DNA of 64,000 nt from Trichosphaerium sp. ATCC 40318 (lineage: Eukaryota > Protista > Tubulinea). The stretch spans positions 62,001 through 126,000 of the forward strand of contig JALMLS010000453.1 of the NCBI GenBank assembly GCA_038496445.1. The letters run 5' to 3'. Of the stretch, positions 1 through 13,066 are shown piece by piece. Numbering within the stretch: position 1 is the stretch's first letter; each line of letters starts with the position of its first letter. The position numbers and the translations under genes are program-made. The notes under the pieces were generated by a model, which had not been told where the DNA came from, made no database searches, and saw nothing but the letters and a program-made list of their open reading frames with translations.

Positions 1-458
1 AGTCTGATATGTTAATGCGATTGTATCCAACAACATTATGAATGAGCGATGCGAAATGAGAACAACTTATCGCTGCTGAACACCGACTGGTCTTTATTTG
101 ATATAAAATAAGAGCTAATATCTCATTTGGTAGGTTTAGGAGGTTTAACGCATCACTAAGAACACGTGTTACAAATATAAGTAATACAAAAAGAACACTC
201 AAAAAGACTGATAAGGTGAGTTGTACTACTTGGTTAAGAACAATTAACACGGTTTTATTACCGTTGTAAAATGGATTGTACCTCTTCAGAGAGTCACACA
301 TAAGCTAGCAATTCAACAATACGTTTCGAAGTAGCGCTCACAATTGAGCGTTTTTTACCGGGATTGACCCAGACAGCTTATTATGATAAAAACTGGCGGA
401 AAATGTCAACAAGAAATTGGCTGACTTTTGTTTTCGTACAACAGATTTATTGATTACG

Positions 459-2036
459 ATGTCGATAGCCTCTAAAACCAACGTACCAAGGTGTGTAAAC
501 GCATTAATACTACTTAGTGCTCTAAACATCATATTAGCGCACAGACGTGCCTTTTGGACTTGCCTACGGAGATTTTAGCTTTTATTCTACGGAAAACTAC
601 AAAGCCGCGATTTGCAGCTTGTCAAACATGCCATGCGCTTGCTTCTATAATTCACAATGTTATTGGATACAAAAGCATTACCTTACATACTGTCGACCAC
701 GCAAAAGCGCTCGTAAGATATACTTGTGGTTTACAATCGACAAAAATCAAAATATGGGGCAAGCACGTGGCTAGAATTCTCAAAGAAATATCTGGTGCTC
801 AGAACGTTGATCTTTCTTATTGTGTGAGCATTACAGATGAAAGCATGAAATCACTTTCAGGTGTTCATACCATTAACCTTGAGCACTCTAAGAATATCAC
901 ATGTGAAGGTTTACAAGCGCTTTCTGGTGTTCATACCATTAACCTTAAGCACTGTAAGAATATCACAGATGAAGGCTTACAAGCGCTTTCTGGTGTTCAT
1001 AATATTGATCTTTCTTATTGTCAACACATTGGAGATGAAGGTGTCAAAGCACTCAAAGGTATTCATACCGTTCACCTTGACTCCTGTAAAACTATCACAG
1101 AGATCCCTTTCTGGAGTTCATACTATTAGCCTGAGCAACACTCCTATAACTTATAACGGCTTACAAGCACTGTCAGGTGTTCACACCATCGATCTTGCGA
1201 ATTGCATAGCTATCACAGATGAAGGCATCAAGTCACTCTCAGGCGTTCATGAAATTAACTTAGAAAGCACTTCTGTAACTGACAAAGGCTTAAAAGGGCT
1301 TTCTGGTGTTCATACCATTACCCTTGATGGCACTTCAGTAACAGATGAAGGCATCAAGTCCCTCTCTGGTGTTCATTATATCAGCTTGATTGCCACTTTC
1401 ATAACTGATGAAGGATTACACGCACTTTCAGGTGTTCATACAATTCAACTTGACAATGAAACAATAACAGTTGAAGGTATCAAATCTCTTTCAGGAGTTC
1501 ATACTATTTACTTGAGTGGCACTTCCATAACTGATAACGGCTTAAAAGCACTTTCTGGCGTTCATGACATTAACTTGTACAGAACTCTAGTAACAGACGA
1601 AGGTGTACTAGCACTTTCTGGTGTTCATACCATCGATCTTAGTTACTGTGAAGGTATAACTGATAAAGGATTACAAGCGCTTTCAGGTGTTCATACTATT
1701 AAGCTTGTTTGCTGTGACGCTATCACAGACAAAGGCATCAAGTTTCTTTCTGGTGTTCATGACATAAGCCTTAGATACTGTACGCAAATAACAAACGTCA
1801 ATGCACTTGCTGGTGTCCACACTATTGACCTTTTAGCCACTTCAGTAACAGATGCAGGTATTAAATCACTAGGTGGAGTATGTGTGATTAACCTTGATGA
1901 CTGCAAAGCCATTACAGATGATGGTATCAAAGTGTTAGAAGGTGTTCATACAATTTTTCTAAGGTCTACATCAGTCACACAGAAAGGTATTTCTAAGTGG
2001 CTTAGCAATGCAAATATACTGCATTATTATGGTTGA
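459..2036 (+). pseudogene. F-box-like/leucine-rich repeat protein, frameshifted
   Basis: ATG 459, intron 491-537, N-terminal LLDLPTEILAFIL (F-box-like), then about 18 repeats of 21-22 aa (SGVHTIxLxxxxITDEGxKAL). The two ORFs 554-1129 and 861-2036 join at about 1100, where about 11 nt of a repeat unit (ITDEGI) are missing. Confidence 0.8.
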
Positions 2037-3313
2037 TATCTTAACACTTAACAATTTATTGACACAATAAATCCCTTTGAAACGGCATACCTTGCAGAAC
2101 TTTTTGTTTCGGCTTGTGAAATTGAAGTGCTGTAAATGCAAACCAAGTAAATAAATTAGTCAACTGGACTTTAACCATCACGCCAATATTTTGCTGTAAA
2201 ATGGTTTGCTAAGAAGTCTAAATTTCTGCTCAGTACTTATGTGGTGACATACACACGATATCACATATACCTCAAGCTCAACAACACATTTAATTGTTTT
2301 GAGAGCTAAGCAGTAGTGTTTGTATTGTGTAGATGGTGATGACGTTGTTTATGTGTGGTCACCAACACCATTCAGAGAGTCAAAAACCTCATCATCTTCT
2401 TAAGTGAATGCCTTTCATACTCTAACATCACTAATAGTGTTCATAAAGGACATTGTGCATTTTTAGTGAGCGCCAACCATTAGGCTTCTGTTGGTGGTCA
2501 CTTGGCTATAGCGTGTTCCTACTACAACACAGTGGGATGCATAGGCATTCAGAAAGTGTCTCTATGCTTCCCTGACAATGACTTTCTGAATTGGAGGTTC
2601 ATCATTGCTGATGTATAGGAGTTGACCGATATAGCTCAACACCTATCTTACTAACTGAGAACTACAAATTAGCGTCTGGGCATCGTATATCATTAGAGGT
2701 TGGGAGTAAATTTTAGTGCATTCACACCCTGTAAGGGAAACAGGCTTGATTCACGAGTCAATAAGTTTATTTGTTGTAGCAATTACTGAACTTGAAATGC
2801 TTTATAATTAGTACTGTTAACGTAGTAGTTAAAACGCTTATAGAAGTTTGTGCCTCTGTTGACCTTGCATCAATAGTAAATTGACCAATGATGCAACCAG
2901 TCACTTCAAGTATTGTCTTTGGCTTAGCCAACTGAATTATTGTATTATTAAATCTAACACGTGAAAAAGGATGTTACATTACTATTCAAAAGTCACTCCA
3001 AAGTTTTTAGCCACCTCAAGAGCATGCACAAGGTGGTAGGGTAATGTATAATGACAGGAAGGTTTTTGTGACAGCAGACCGTTTGGACCTTTTGTGAACT
3101 GATTTATTCGTTTCAGTCCTAGACCAGTCCAAGCCGGTATTTCTGGCATCTAGATACTGCTTATACTTTTCTATAGATCTTAGGGAGCGTGTAATGTATA
3201 CTTATTTTATTATTTTGTATTGTTACTATAACTGAGCATGTTTTAACTACCATGCTTATTAGTCTTGTAGTTCACAAAAATTACAATGAGTGGTGCAATG
3301 TTATTGAACATTT

Positions 3314-4192
3314 TTATAAATATTGTACATCTTGATAAGCATCTTCTATAAAATAATTCCAGTCATGAAGTGCTAGAAGATATAAAATTTCACGTAAAAC
3401 TTCCTGTGGTAATCTATTTGATACATTTTGTATATTGAGCAACCCACCAAGAAATACCATAAGCTCTCTGTTAATCCAAAAACAGTTACTGTCAAAACTG
3501 TCAACCTCATATCGTGAATGCATAATTAAGTGATTATTTATTCTTATGATCATTTCATGACTAGCTTTGTTTGATTCACAAGGAGAATCATAAGGTCCCA
3601 AGTTATAGTTAAGACCACTGAATTGAATAGAAACTGAATACCAAGTAGTGCCTGTGTGGACAATAGTTGGAAATATGACAATATCTCCCTTCATTGTTAA
3701 GCGTGATGGTGCTGGACTATAGTCAATACTGTTATCTTTTACATCTGTCTCTTTCCATCTTGTGAAGTAAACAAACTTTTGCAGAGCGTTTGGTAGAGAA
3801 TCTCGCATCTTACATAGCTTAAACCATGACTCCATTTGCTGTGAGATGCCTGCATGTTGTCCCATAAACGCAGGTTTGATTTCGTTCAATTTAGGCCCAA
3901 AGAATACATCAAAGCGCAATCTATTGTACAAAAACGTTGTTATGAGGCTATTGTCCTCGACTGTTACTGAAACAAGGTGTGACGCATAGCGTTTTAGGTA
4001 ATAATTGTAGTAGTAGTGTACATGAGTATGGTTGGATGATAATACGCTGTAAAACGTTGTATTTACAAGCATCCATCTCATTATTTCCAAGAAGTCACCA
4101 TTAAACGAAGCACGGACAACAAGGCTTACGATATCCATTTGATTTAATGCATGAGGTATTTGTATACTACTTGGAGTAATTGCGCGCTTCAT
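3314..4192 (-). CDS. hypothetical protein (intronless, about 292 aa)
   Basis: Long uninterrupted ORF in AT-rich DNA with first ATG at 4192; no domain confidently recognised. Confidence 0.7.
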   Translation of the reverse strand: MKRAITPSSIQIPHALNQMDIVSLVVRASFNGDFLEIMRWMLVNTTFYSVLSSNHTHVHYYYNYYLKRYASHLVSVTVEDNSLITTFLYNRLRFDVFFGPKLNEIKPAFMGQHAGISQQMESWFKLCKMRDSLPNALQKFVYFTRWKETDVKDNSIDYSPAPSRLTMKGDIVIFPTIVHTGTTWYSVSIQFSGLNYNLGPYDSPCESNKASHEMIIRINNHLIMHSRYEVDSFDSNCFWINRELMVFLGGLLNIQNVSNRLPQEVLREILYLLALHDWNYFIEDAYQDVQYL

Positions 4193-4795
4193 TGTGGTCA
4201 AAACTAAGCACGCTTAAATATGTTAAGTACACGTGTAAAAGTTCATTCAGTAAAATGATGTACATCTTCATTAGATTGCATTATTACAAGTTGTAGTGAT
4301 GCAATCATGAATATTTTCTTCCTCGTCTGTTACTAATGTGATAAGCACGAATGGTGAACACCTGCAAGTCCCAAATTACTTCATCAGATTCTGAAAACAA
4401 TGTGACTATTATTAAGCACGTGGGTTTGAGACTGTATTCATTTGCTACCTACTTCCACTCAGATCACCTTTTACAATGTCATGTTTACAAGTTCTGTCAA
4501 GTGTCAAATCTGTCAGACCGGGCAGAAACTGGATTTTTTTGCTTCAACTCAAAAACTGTGAAAGAGAAACTGGTAAAAATAGCTATACCACAAAAATAGT
4601 GTCATACAACGCCCTCTTCATCGCCCACTCTGCGGTACGTGCGTTACACTTCTTCATTCGACCCTTGTCATACTTACTGTCACGAAAATGGTTATAATAA
4701 TCGGCACATTTCACAGAATGGTTTGCAAGGTTTTGATTGTTTCAGAAGCAGAAAACTGGATGCTTTTCAAAACTGCTAGAAAGTCGAAAGCAAGA

Positions 4796-6296
4796 ATGGC
4801 AATATCTCACTGTTTTCTTTTTGTAATTTGCCTATCCATCACCACCGCTACTGTTCCCGCAACGTTTGACAGCTACATTGTTGATTTCGTAAAGTTTCAG
4901 TTTACAGTCAACCAAACGAGTGGTATTCGGTTTTTGAATAGGACCGACCCAACTCAAGTACTCGGTGGTGCGTTTTATTGCTTTTCGAAGTCTCATGAAC
5001 CAGCTCTTCTTTACACAAGTTGTCTAACGTTGACTAGAGTGCGCGGATGTCACCACAACAACGTTTTTTGATGTAGTTGGCATCGCCGTTCTAGAAGATG
5101 ATCGTATTGTACTTTCAACTGGTGCTACTGATGGCGGAAGCTCTACCAATGAACCCACGCTTGTTTACGATAGAAACTGTACAAAAGTACGTCGCTACCA
5201 AATTTTTTCGAATACAGAGTTGTGTTTCAAACTTCGGAGTTGATCCGGATCATAAATCACTGTTCAGCGGCATGTTGTGGGTCTCTATGAACCTGTAGAT
5301 TGAAGTAACAGTGAACGGGTTTGCCGCAAACTGATTGTATCTATGACACCACTCTATTGCTCATTGAAGATGATATCATCTTTATCATGTGCCACTGAAA
5401 ACTGAGATTACCAGTCAAGGGTCAACTTCCATTTAACAGCCCTTAACACAAATATTAATTGTTCTTTGTTAGTTGAAACAATGTAACATACCTACATACT
5501 CTTCATTGAGTGTCGATCCAATCTCTGGAAAGCTGTACATGTGGGGCGAAGCAACTACCTCGGATGGTCATACTGGACTTGCAGAATTGGATGTAGATAC
5601 TTGCAATGTTACAAAGAGATGTCCTGATATAGTCACCGGCTCTCCCAACACACAACACAGTACGTATTGCAAGTCGCAACAGCTACTTTTTGTTAAGTCA
5701 TTGATATTTGTTTTGTAATGTTGTTTTTAGCTGCTGTAATTGGTGGTTTTATCTATCGTATTGGTAGCTCTAGTATGATTATGGAAGCTTCAATTCCTCA
5801 AGATAATATCACTGCGAATTGTGAAACAACAAGAACTGAATCAATGCCAGATTTTTGCACAGCTCCAACAGGCACAAATTTTGTATTTTGTTTAGCCTTT
5901 TTGTCAACCTACTTGAACTGTTTGATGCTAATTACAATCATAGGTATGTCTACCTTAGATGTAGAAACCCTAATTGTTGTGTGCGATAACGCATCAGTAA
6001 TACTATTCAACATAACGTCATTCACATTTTCTGATATTGTGGAAAAAAATGTAACTGTAGGTGTTTTTGACATGGCATTGTATCCAAACCCAAGTATTAT
6101 TCCCCCACCTACTACTCAACCTCCTACAACACTACCTCCTACAACAGCACCTCCTACACCTACTACAGTTGCTCCAACATCTATCTCAAACACCACTGAT
6201 GCTCCAACTACAGTTGCTCCTGCGGGTTCGCCACAAAGTAGCACTTCACGTGTTTTGGGGAGTGTACTTGTTCTTCTTGTATTGCTTTCTCTTTGA
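4796..6296 (+). CDS. secreted, probably GPI-anchored surface protein with Pro/Thr stalk (possible 1-nt frameshift near 5080)
   Basis: Signal peptide MAISHCFLFVICLSITTA, several GT-AG introns, PPTT-rich stalk, hydrophobic C-terminus VLGSVLVLLVLLSL*. Internal exons are uncertain. Confidence 0.7.
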
Positions 6297-6700
6297 GATA
6301 ATGTAGAGGCTGTAGCTATCTAATAAAACAGCCTTCACATTTGACTTCATACAAAGTTGGTTGGTTACCCGTATGTCACCAAGTTGGTGTTAATCAGACG
6401 AATGCCCCCGTGTATAAAATTGTGGTTTTGAAAAAACGTTTTCAACAGTGGTCCGAAAAATATCTTGTACGTGTTTGATATACACCTGGCCGTTCTCTTG
6501 CTTCTGTTCACAGTATATTCGAAATAATTTCAAAAGAAACGGTTCTTTTACATTTGTCGCGTGGATTTGCTTCTGTAGGTGATTCATTAGCGTACAAAAG
6601 AAGTGATACTTGAAAAGTCAAAGAATAGAAGCCACGTGATTTACCTAATTTGCACACGTGCCTGAACTTACTTGACACTTTATAGATATTCAAACCCAAG

Positions 6701-7649
6701 ATGAAACTCACGTATTACAACTGCCGCGGACGCGCAGAACCTATTAGGCTGATACTTGCTGACCAAAAGGCAGAGTATGAATATAAATGCGTCGCAGTAG
6801 AAGATTGGAAGGCGTTGAAGCCAACAGTAAGTATTTTGTAAACGTGTTTGTTGAGAAACGCCGGCGGGTTAAAACAGCCTTAGATAAAACCTTTTGGAGT
6901 TCTTCCAGTGTTTTCAGACGGTGAGATCCACATGAGTCAGTCTCAAGCTATTTTACGCTATTTGGGAAGAAAGTATGGTCTGTATGGAAAAAATGAGCTG
7001 GAGCGTATCAACTGTGATATTGCTCAAGAGGCTTTGGTTGATGCTCAGCTAGCAGTTGGTACTTTCACTTGGAATAAGAATTGGGTATGTAGGTCGTGGA
7101 TAAAGCATGTTTCTTTTCGAAAAACTTTAAAGTTAATCAACTTCTTTGTAGAAGGAAGAAAAAGAAGCGTATCTTAAGAAAGATTTGGAGCCTTGGCTCA
7201 CCAAACTCACTGATTTGAAGGCACTGAATAAATCTTCTAACGGATGGTTTGTTGGAGAGGACATAACGTTTGCAGGTACTGAACTTTGTTCCAAACAAAA
7301 CACAACATCAATGTTAAATTTGTCATCCTTGGGATTTACGTGGGCGTCTATGAATAGCCTGGTTTGTTTACGGAAGCACTAATGTTATGCCGTAGATTAT
7401 ATACTATTCAATACTTTAGATTTTGCGAGAGCAATTGATAAACCGACCTTGGAAAAGTTCGAATCACTTTGCATTTGGAAAAAGAAATTCGAAAGTAGAC
7501 CAAACATTGCTGAATACCTTGCATCTGACGCTCGCCCTAAAACACTGACGGTATCAATGGCACCGTACGTTACATTAAATAGACAGCATAGTAAACATAG
7601 CGCTCTAATTTAACTCTACAGATATGGTGGAACACCTGAAACGTCATGA
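6701..7649 (+). CDS. glutathione S-transferase (sigma/pi/mu-like)
   Basis: MKLTYYNCRGRAEPIRLIL, PFGVLPVF.DG, SQSQAILRYLGRKYGL, FVGEDITFADY, RPNIAEYL; 4 introns. Confidence 0.92.
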
Positions 7650-8862
7650 AGCTATTTTCTAGCAACAGCAATCTTTACATCGCGTCTGTATATTTTGTGA
7701 TTAGAAGCCACAATTTGGCATCATTTTGGTCACGTGTACCCTTGAATAAACAATTTCCTTGCACACCAAGCTACACTTTCTCTTGCGAGGTTCAAAAAAA
7801 GCAAAAAAAAAGAATGTAGGTCACATTGACCGACTTCTTTGAGGATCGCAATGTTGTCTTCGTGCCTTTTTTGAACAAACTCTTTAAACAAACATTGTAG
7901 TTCACCAAAAAATTAAAAAGATCCATGGAGCCGAAGCTCCAAATTAATCAACATATAATAAGAATAACTAATGGATCTGTAAATTGTAGCAAACATTTTG
8001 TTTAAAACACGTTCCATCCCAAAAAAAAAAAAAAAGTGGTTTGCCCACAACCCTTATTTATACTCTTTGCGCGACATATAGCAATCTAGCTCAGTTTCAC
8101 CCTTTCAACTAGACTTCTGCATTCAGGAAAATTCGTAACTTTTCAAATCGTGAAAGTTGTATTCTGCACTACCAAAGATACGGATTGATAGCCTGCAACA
8201 GGACGTTGTTAACTATGTACTAACTACTTTATTATGTGTTATATACAAGTGCTTAAGCATCACTCTAACGCTAGATAACGATAGGCACGCTGTCTCTCGG
8301 AGCACGTGATTCCTCTGAGTACGTTCATTGAATCTGTATCTCGAATCCTCTCTTTACATAGCCATTCTAATTACCCTAATTGTTAGTAGTAAGTACTTTT
8401 CCAGCTTTACTAAAAATTAGTGTTTCTAAGTGTTTTAATTCGTTTAGCACCGAGCACATCAACTGGATTTTTGGCACATGAGGATTCGTTATTACTTGGC
8501 GACAGCTGATCGTTGTACAAATAAATAAAGTCTACTTTAAAGTTTTTGGTAACTAGAAATCCCCTTTTAGCTATTCAACGCACGGAGCTATTGTCTAGTT
8601 TGTTGACTAGAGCTATAGCAACATGTGGATTATTTGTCAACATGGGTAAAAAAACCTGCTCACTTTGTAAACTCATCCTGTTAAGTTAGATAATATTGAA
8701 ACTTAGACCAACCACGTGAGCTGCACGTTTACATCCACACTCGCTATAAGCCTAAAATGTGCAGTATAGGTCACAATATGAGCAGATACGGATGTACTGT
8801 GAACTGAAGTTGACTTTTTTTTGTATTTCGTACCAAAGTGTATTAACAGAAAAGGAATTGAC

Positions 8863-11086
8863 ATGCTGCCGCTGTGGGTTATTACAGTAGTGTTGTTTTT
8901 GGGTAGTAAAGTACTAGCGCAAACAAACCGTAGTAAGTACCTCTTGTAAACTAATTTGACGTTAACTTTATATCTGTCTAGCTGTTGAGGCTTCGCTCCA
9001 ACATATTTGTTCAAATGATTTGGCTTGTTACATGAGACTACCAGAGGCGGTTATTGTATCGCGAATAAATTTGATTTTGTCAGGAACAGTAGCGCTACAA
9101 ACAGACAAAGAACTGATAGCTAGTGCGTTTTACGATACATTATTACAACGACGTCGTTTTATCCTTTTTCATTGTTTTTAGACACTACTTGTAGTGATTT
9201 AGGTCCTACTTCGTCTCTACCGAGTATCACGTGCTCAAACGTCAGGTTTGAAGTCTTTGGAGGCAATCATAACCTGACAATCAGAGGGTTCAAAGTTAAA
9301 TGTTTGATGACAGTCAGCGCTGTCAAAAGGCTTGAACTAGAGCAAGTCTTTTTTTTCTCAAGTTAGGAATAGAAGTGTCTCTATTCTGACACTTTGTGTT
9401 TTAGGTCGTGTTTTTTCAATTCAATCAACGCTGACATGCGTCTACCGCTCCTAGATTTTGATGCGTACGTATACTCAATGACGCTATAAACGCTTACGTA
9501 GTATAGTACTGACTTTTAGCTTGCTGTAAATGGCTCCCTTTTTCAGAATAATACCATCTATTCAAATAACTGCAAGTAAGATCTAATCACTGTCCTCTAA
9601 TACCCGAAAAGACTCTCAAAATAGAATTATCAATGCTATTAATGTTGATTTCGTGATTATTGACAGCACTGTTTTTGTGGCAAATAAAATGCTGTCTAGT
9701 ACTAGTCTCTTTTACAGTGGTATACCTTGTGAACTTTAAGAACTTGGATCGAAAGTAATAATGAATAGGATGCATGGTCAATATAGATACTCTTAATGAA
9801 GCAAGAATACAATCATCTATCTTTTCAAACAACACCTGCCCAGGTGATGAAACGTGCGTTCATAAATGCTGATGTTGCAAATAACGCTAACATCTTTAGC
9901 GACTTTTATCTGAGGTACACCAAGCCATCTTTTTGTATTTTACTGCTAACGTTGGTACTGGAACAGAGGGAGTGAGATCAATATTGAGTAAGTGTTGTGT
10001 ATTTGTGCTTCACTTACTTTGTTTCATAGAAACGTCTACATGGATGGTACGTGATGATGATGTTACTTACCTAAAACGTTTGTTTAGATACATCATTTGA
10101 ATGCTTGTCTTCTACTCAAAGTACAATTTCATCAATATGTAAGCTACTTACAATATCGATTAATAACTGTTTAATATTCACAATGACAAAGGCACATTTA
10201 TTACCAAATTTGAATGTGATGCGCCACTACCTCGTTGTAGTGCATTAGTTGGCACATGTTTTAATGGTACGCTATTCAACTATCTACTACAAGTTATTAA
10301 TATTCAACTAGCTACTTTTGCCTTTGAGAACTATTTTTATGACCACCCGTGCAGTGGAGCGATGACGACAATTATAAACCCAGATGTCAAAAACGGTATA
10401 TTTTAATTCTTGATTATGCAAACTAATGTACAATTATAAATAAGGTTGTAACACTATTGAGCCCCACGGCTACTAGCGAAGGTACCACTGAAGCGCCACC
10501 AGCAGATGAAGTACTTCCGCCTACAGAAGAATGTATCGTTTGTGAACCCATCTGCAGTATCATAGCCAATTGTAGTTCAGACCTACTTATCGTGGATGAT
10601 GTTGTGATTGATAGAGATATCCTTGTCAATGGAGATTTCATAAACAACGGAAAAGTGACATTTATAGTGAGTGATAACAGAAAGATCAAAGTCACAGGTA
10701 ATTCAATCTCCCATTAACTAATCCACTGATTTTGTAAAAGGGTGTGTTGTTCTTGGTAACTTCACTGTTGATGTATCAAATGTTGCTACATCGTCACCTG
10801 ATCGTATCTCTATCATTGAAAGCACATGTGTCAATGGAACTGTCAATGTCACTGGGGCTGATGAGTGTACATCAAGTTTAACAGTGATACATGTGGTGAT
10901 TCTTCAAATTTGGGTATAATCATTGGCGTCATTCTTGGACTTGCATTCCTAGTAAGAAACAAAATCACATTTTTATGCTAAGTGTATTAGATTGTTGTTG
11001 CGGCTTTGGTTATTGTCTTATGGACTCCTTCTTTACGTGAGAAAGTATTACCTTTTTCAAGGAGAAATAGGCGAACAAAATCATAA
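8863..11086 (+). CDS. type I membrane protein, multi-exon (possible frameshift near 10880)
   Basis: Signal peptide MLPLWVITVVLFLGSKVLA, Cys-containing ectodomain, Pro/Thr linker, KIKVTGCVVLG module, TM segment LGIIIGVILGLAFL-IVVAALVIVLW, basic tail. Confidence 0.65.
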
Positions 11087-11512
11087 GGGAACTCACTATA
11101 GCGATACCAGTGAAACTGAAAAAAAACTTCTCAAATAAACTGGCCTTTTATTCATAGTAGAAATCTTGTTAACTACAGTTGCCCCGATAGATAAGAATAG
11201 TCGTTGTAATAAAGTTAAGCCTTTAATGAGGTTTACAACGAATAAGCAAACGTGAGCATCATGGCTTCTAAAGCAAAGGATTTCCTGTGGCATTTCGTTC
11301 TGAAAAAAAGCTGAAAGCTCAGAGGCTTCCAATAAAATACCAACAAATGAGTCCCCACTAGACTGTTCAGCACCAACAAACATATAAAAAATAAATGCTC
11401 ATATCGTAGTTTGACTATTGCACAGTCAAAAGACTTTAGCAAAAGTTCGAACTTGTCCAAAAAACCAACTTAGCATCAGTGTTAAGGTTGACATTTTCCA
11501 TAAACAGTTCAA

Positions 11513-12341
11513 ATGCGTTGTCTTACACTCTTTCTACTCTCAATTTGTTTCTCCAGCGTATTATCTGCGCTTACGTTACAAGTCTTTCAGGACACCGCTT
11601 GTTCTACTTCTCCATTGCTTACTCAAACGTACTCGTTCACTACATGTTATACACCTAAGCAAGGAGCAAATCCTGCGTCGTCACATAGCGATTTTAAGTT
11701 TGTAGGCATTCAAAACAACCAGGCACGCTATGGATTACTTAATTAGTGTTTACAAATACTAGAGCCTCATAATTCGAGAGTACGAGTCACGTGATGGAAC
11801 TTGTTCAGGTTTTCTTGAAGAAAAACTTCAGCCTATTTCTCAATGCACCCAAGTGGACCCTATGGCGTTTAAAATAACAAATATCGGCTCAGCTCCAGTT
11901 ACACCACCTCCTCTTACCGCTGTTATTTCAGGTACCATATGTTTACTTTTAGACGGCTCTAAGTTCTTTGGAACAGAACCTCTCATAACAGCTTTTATGT
12001 GATTTTTTTTGCAAGTTGAAAGACTTTCCGATTGTAACAGCAACTCCGGAATATTTTTTAATATCTTATACCTTATCAGGTTGGACAAATGGAGCTTGTT
12101 TAGGGACAGCGGCTACCGTAAAAAACTATAGTACGAGACAAAACTACACCGAAGTTGTTTTTTGTGTAATTTATTTTTGGATTAACTAAACTCTAAAAGA
12201 GAAGGGTCCTTGCTACACAAATGGACAAGGTTATGATTTTAGGGTTGTCTCTTGCAGCGATAGCGGAGTAGATATACAAATGTATTGGTCAAATGATGGT
12301 ACTTGTAATCAACCATGGAATACAAAGAACATACGCACGTG
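11513..12341 (+). CDS. secreted Cys-rich protein with two internal repeats (3' end uncertain)
   Basis: Signal peptide MRCLTLFLLSICFSSVLSA; two similar units ending DGTC; GC-AG intron 11723-11762. Confidence 0.6.
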
Positions 12342-12622
12342 ATTTATTGAAAAAAATAACATTCCGAAAAACAAATTACACTTTAAATGTCTTTTTTGTT
12401 TTGAGACTCAGACGTTCTAAAACTATGTAGCGACATACGGTTGTTCATCAAACATGTTTCCTGTATCCACAAACGCGAAGTGTATCGAATAAATTGGTCT
12501 AAAGTTACAAAAACGGAGTTATTGTTGAACACAAAACAAAAAAAATTTCGTGTTGATTCTTCGTTTCCTGTAATTGCAAAAAGTGTATCTACAGCAAAAA
12601 CATACGGTAAACGCAACAAGGC

Positions 12623-13066
12623 ATGGTTGAAGCAGAAGTGATACGCGCCTACTCTGATTGTAACGAGTTTTCTTCTGAACCGCGTCAATTGAGATTCTTG
12701 GCTTCGAAACCCGTTCTAAGAGATGAAGCGATACGTATTTTAAAGAAAGCTGTACCTGGATACAACGATTTTCATCCAGAACTTTTGAAAGTAGTACCAG
12801 AGGATACACAGGTACTCATAGGAAGGCTTGGTAGCGTTAACATGTACTTTCTTGGAGAAATAAGCGAAAACATTTCAAAAAAGTTAAAAGCCGACAACGC
12901 ATTTGTAGTAAACGATGCTTACTTAAACCTGATGATTGATCAAGAAGAACGCATGAAGGATGTTCCTTACATGGTGAAAGAATGGCAACCTGGACCCATG
13001 ACTCATTTTAACAGATTGAAAAAAATAACGGAGAATCATGTAGTTTTTAGTGCGTGGTGGGATTGA
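12623..13066 (+). CDS. hypothetical intronless protein ending in WWD
   Basis: 147-aa ORF from ATG with YNDF, GRLGSVNMY and C-terminal AWWD motifs. Confidence 0.7.
   Translation: MVEAEVIRAYSDCNEFSSEPRQLRFLASKPVLRDEAIRILKKAVPGYNDFHPELLKVVPEDTQVLIGRLGSVNMYFLGEISENISKKLKADNAFVVNDAYLNLMIDQEERMKDVPYMVKEWQPGPMTHFNRLKKITENHVVFSAWWD

Noticed and set aside
2200-2960. Possible ankyrin-repeat relic (ASVGGHLAI...FLLQH)
   Set aside because: Only one short motif amid stops and shifts; not supportable without a search.
5070-5090. Programmed frameshifting at single-base indels here and elsewhere
   Set aside because: Several indels fall in short homopolymers and I saw no slippery-site or structure pattern; assembly error or decay is simpler.
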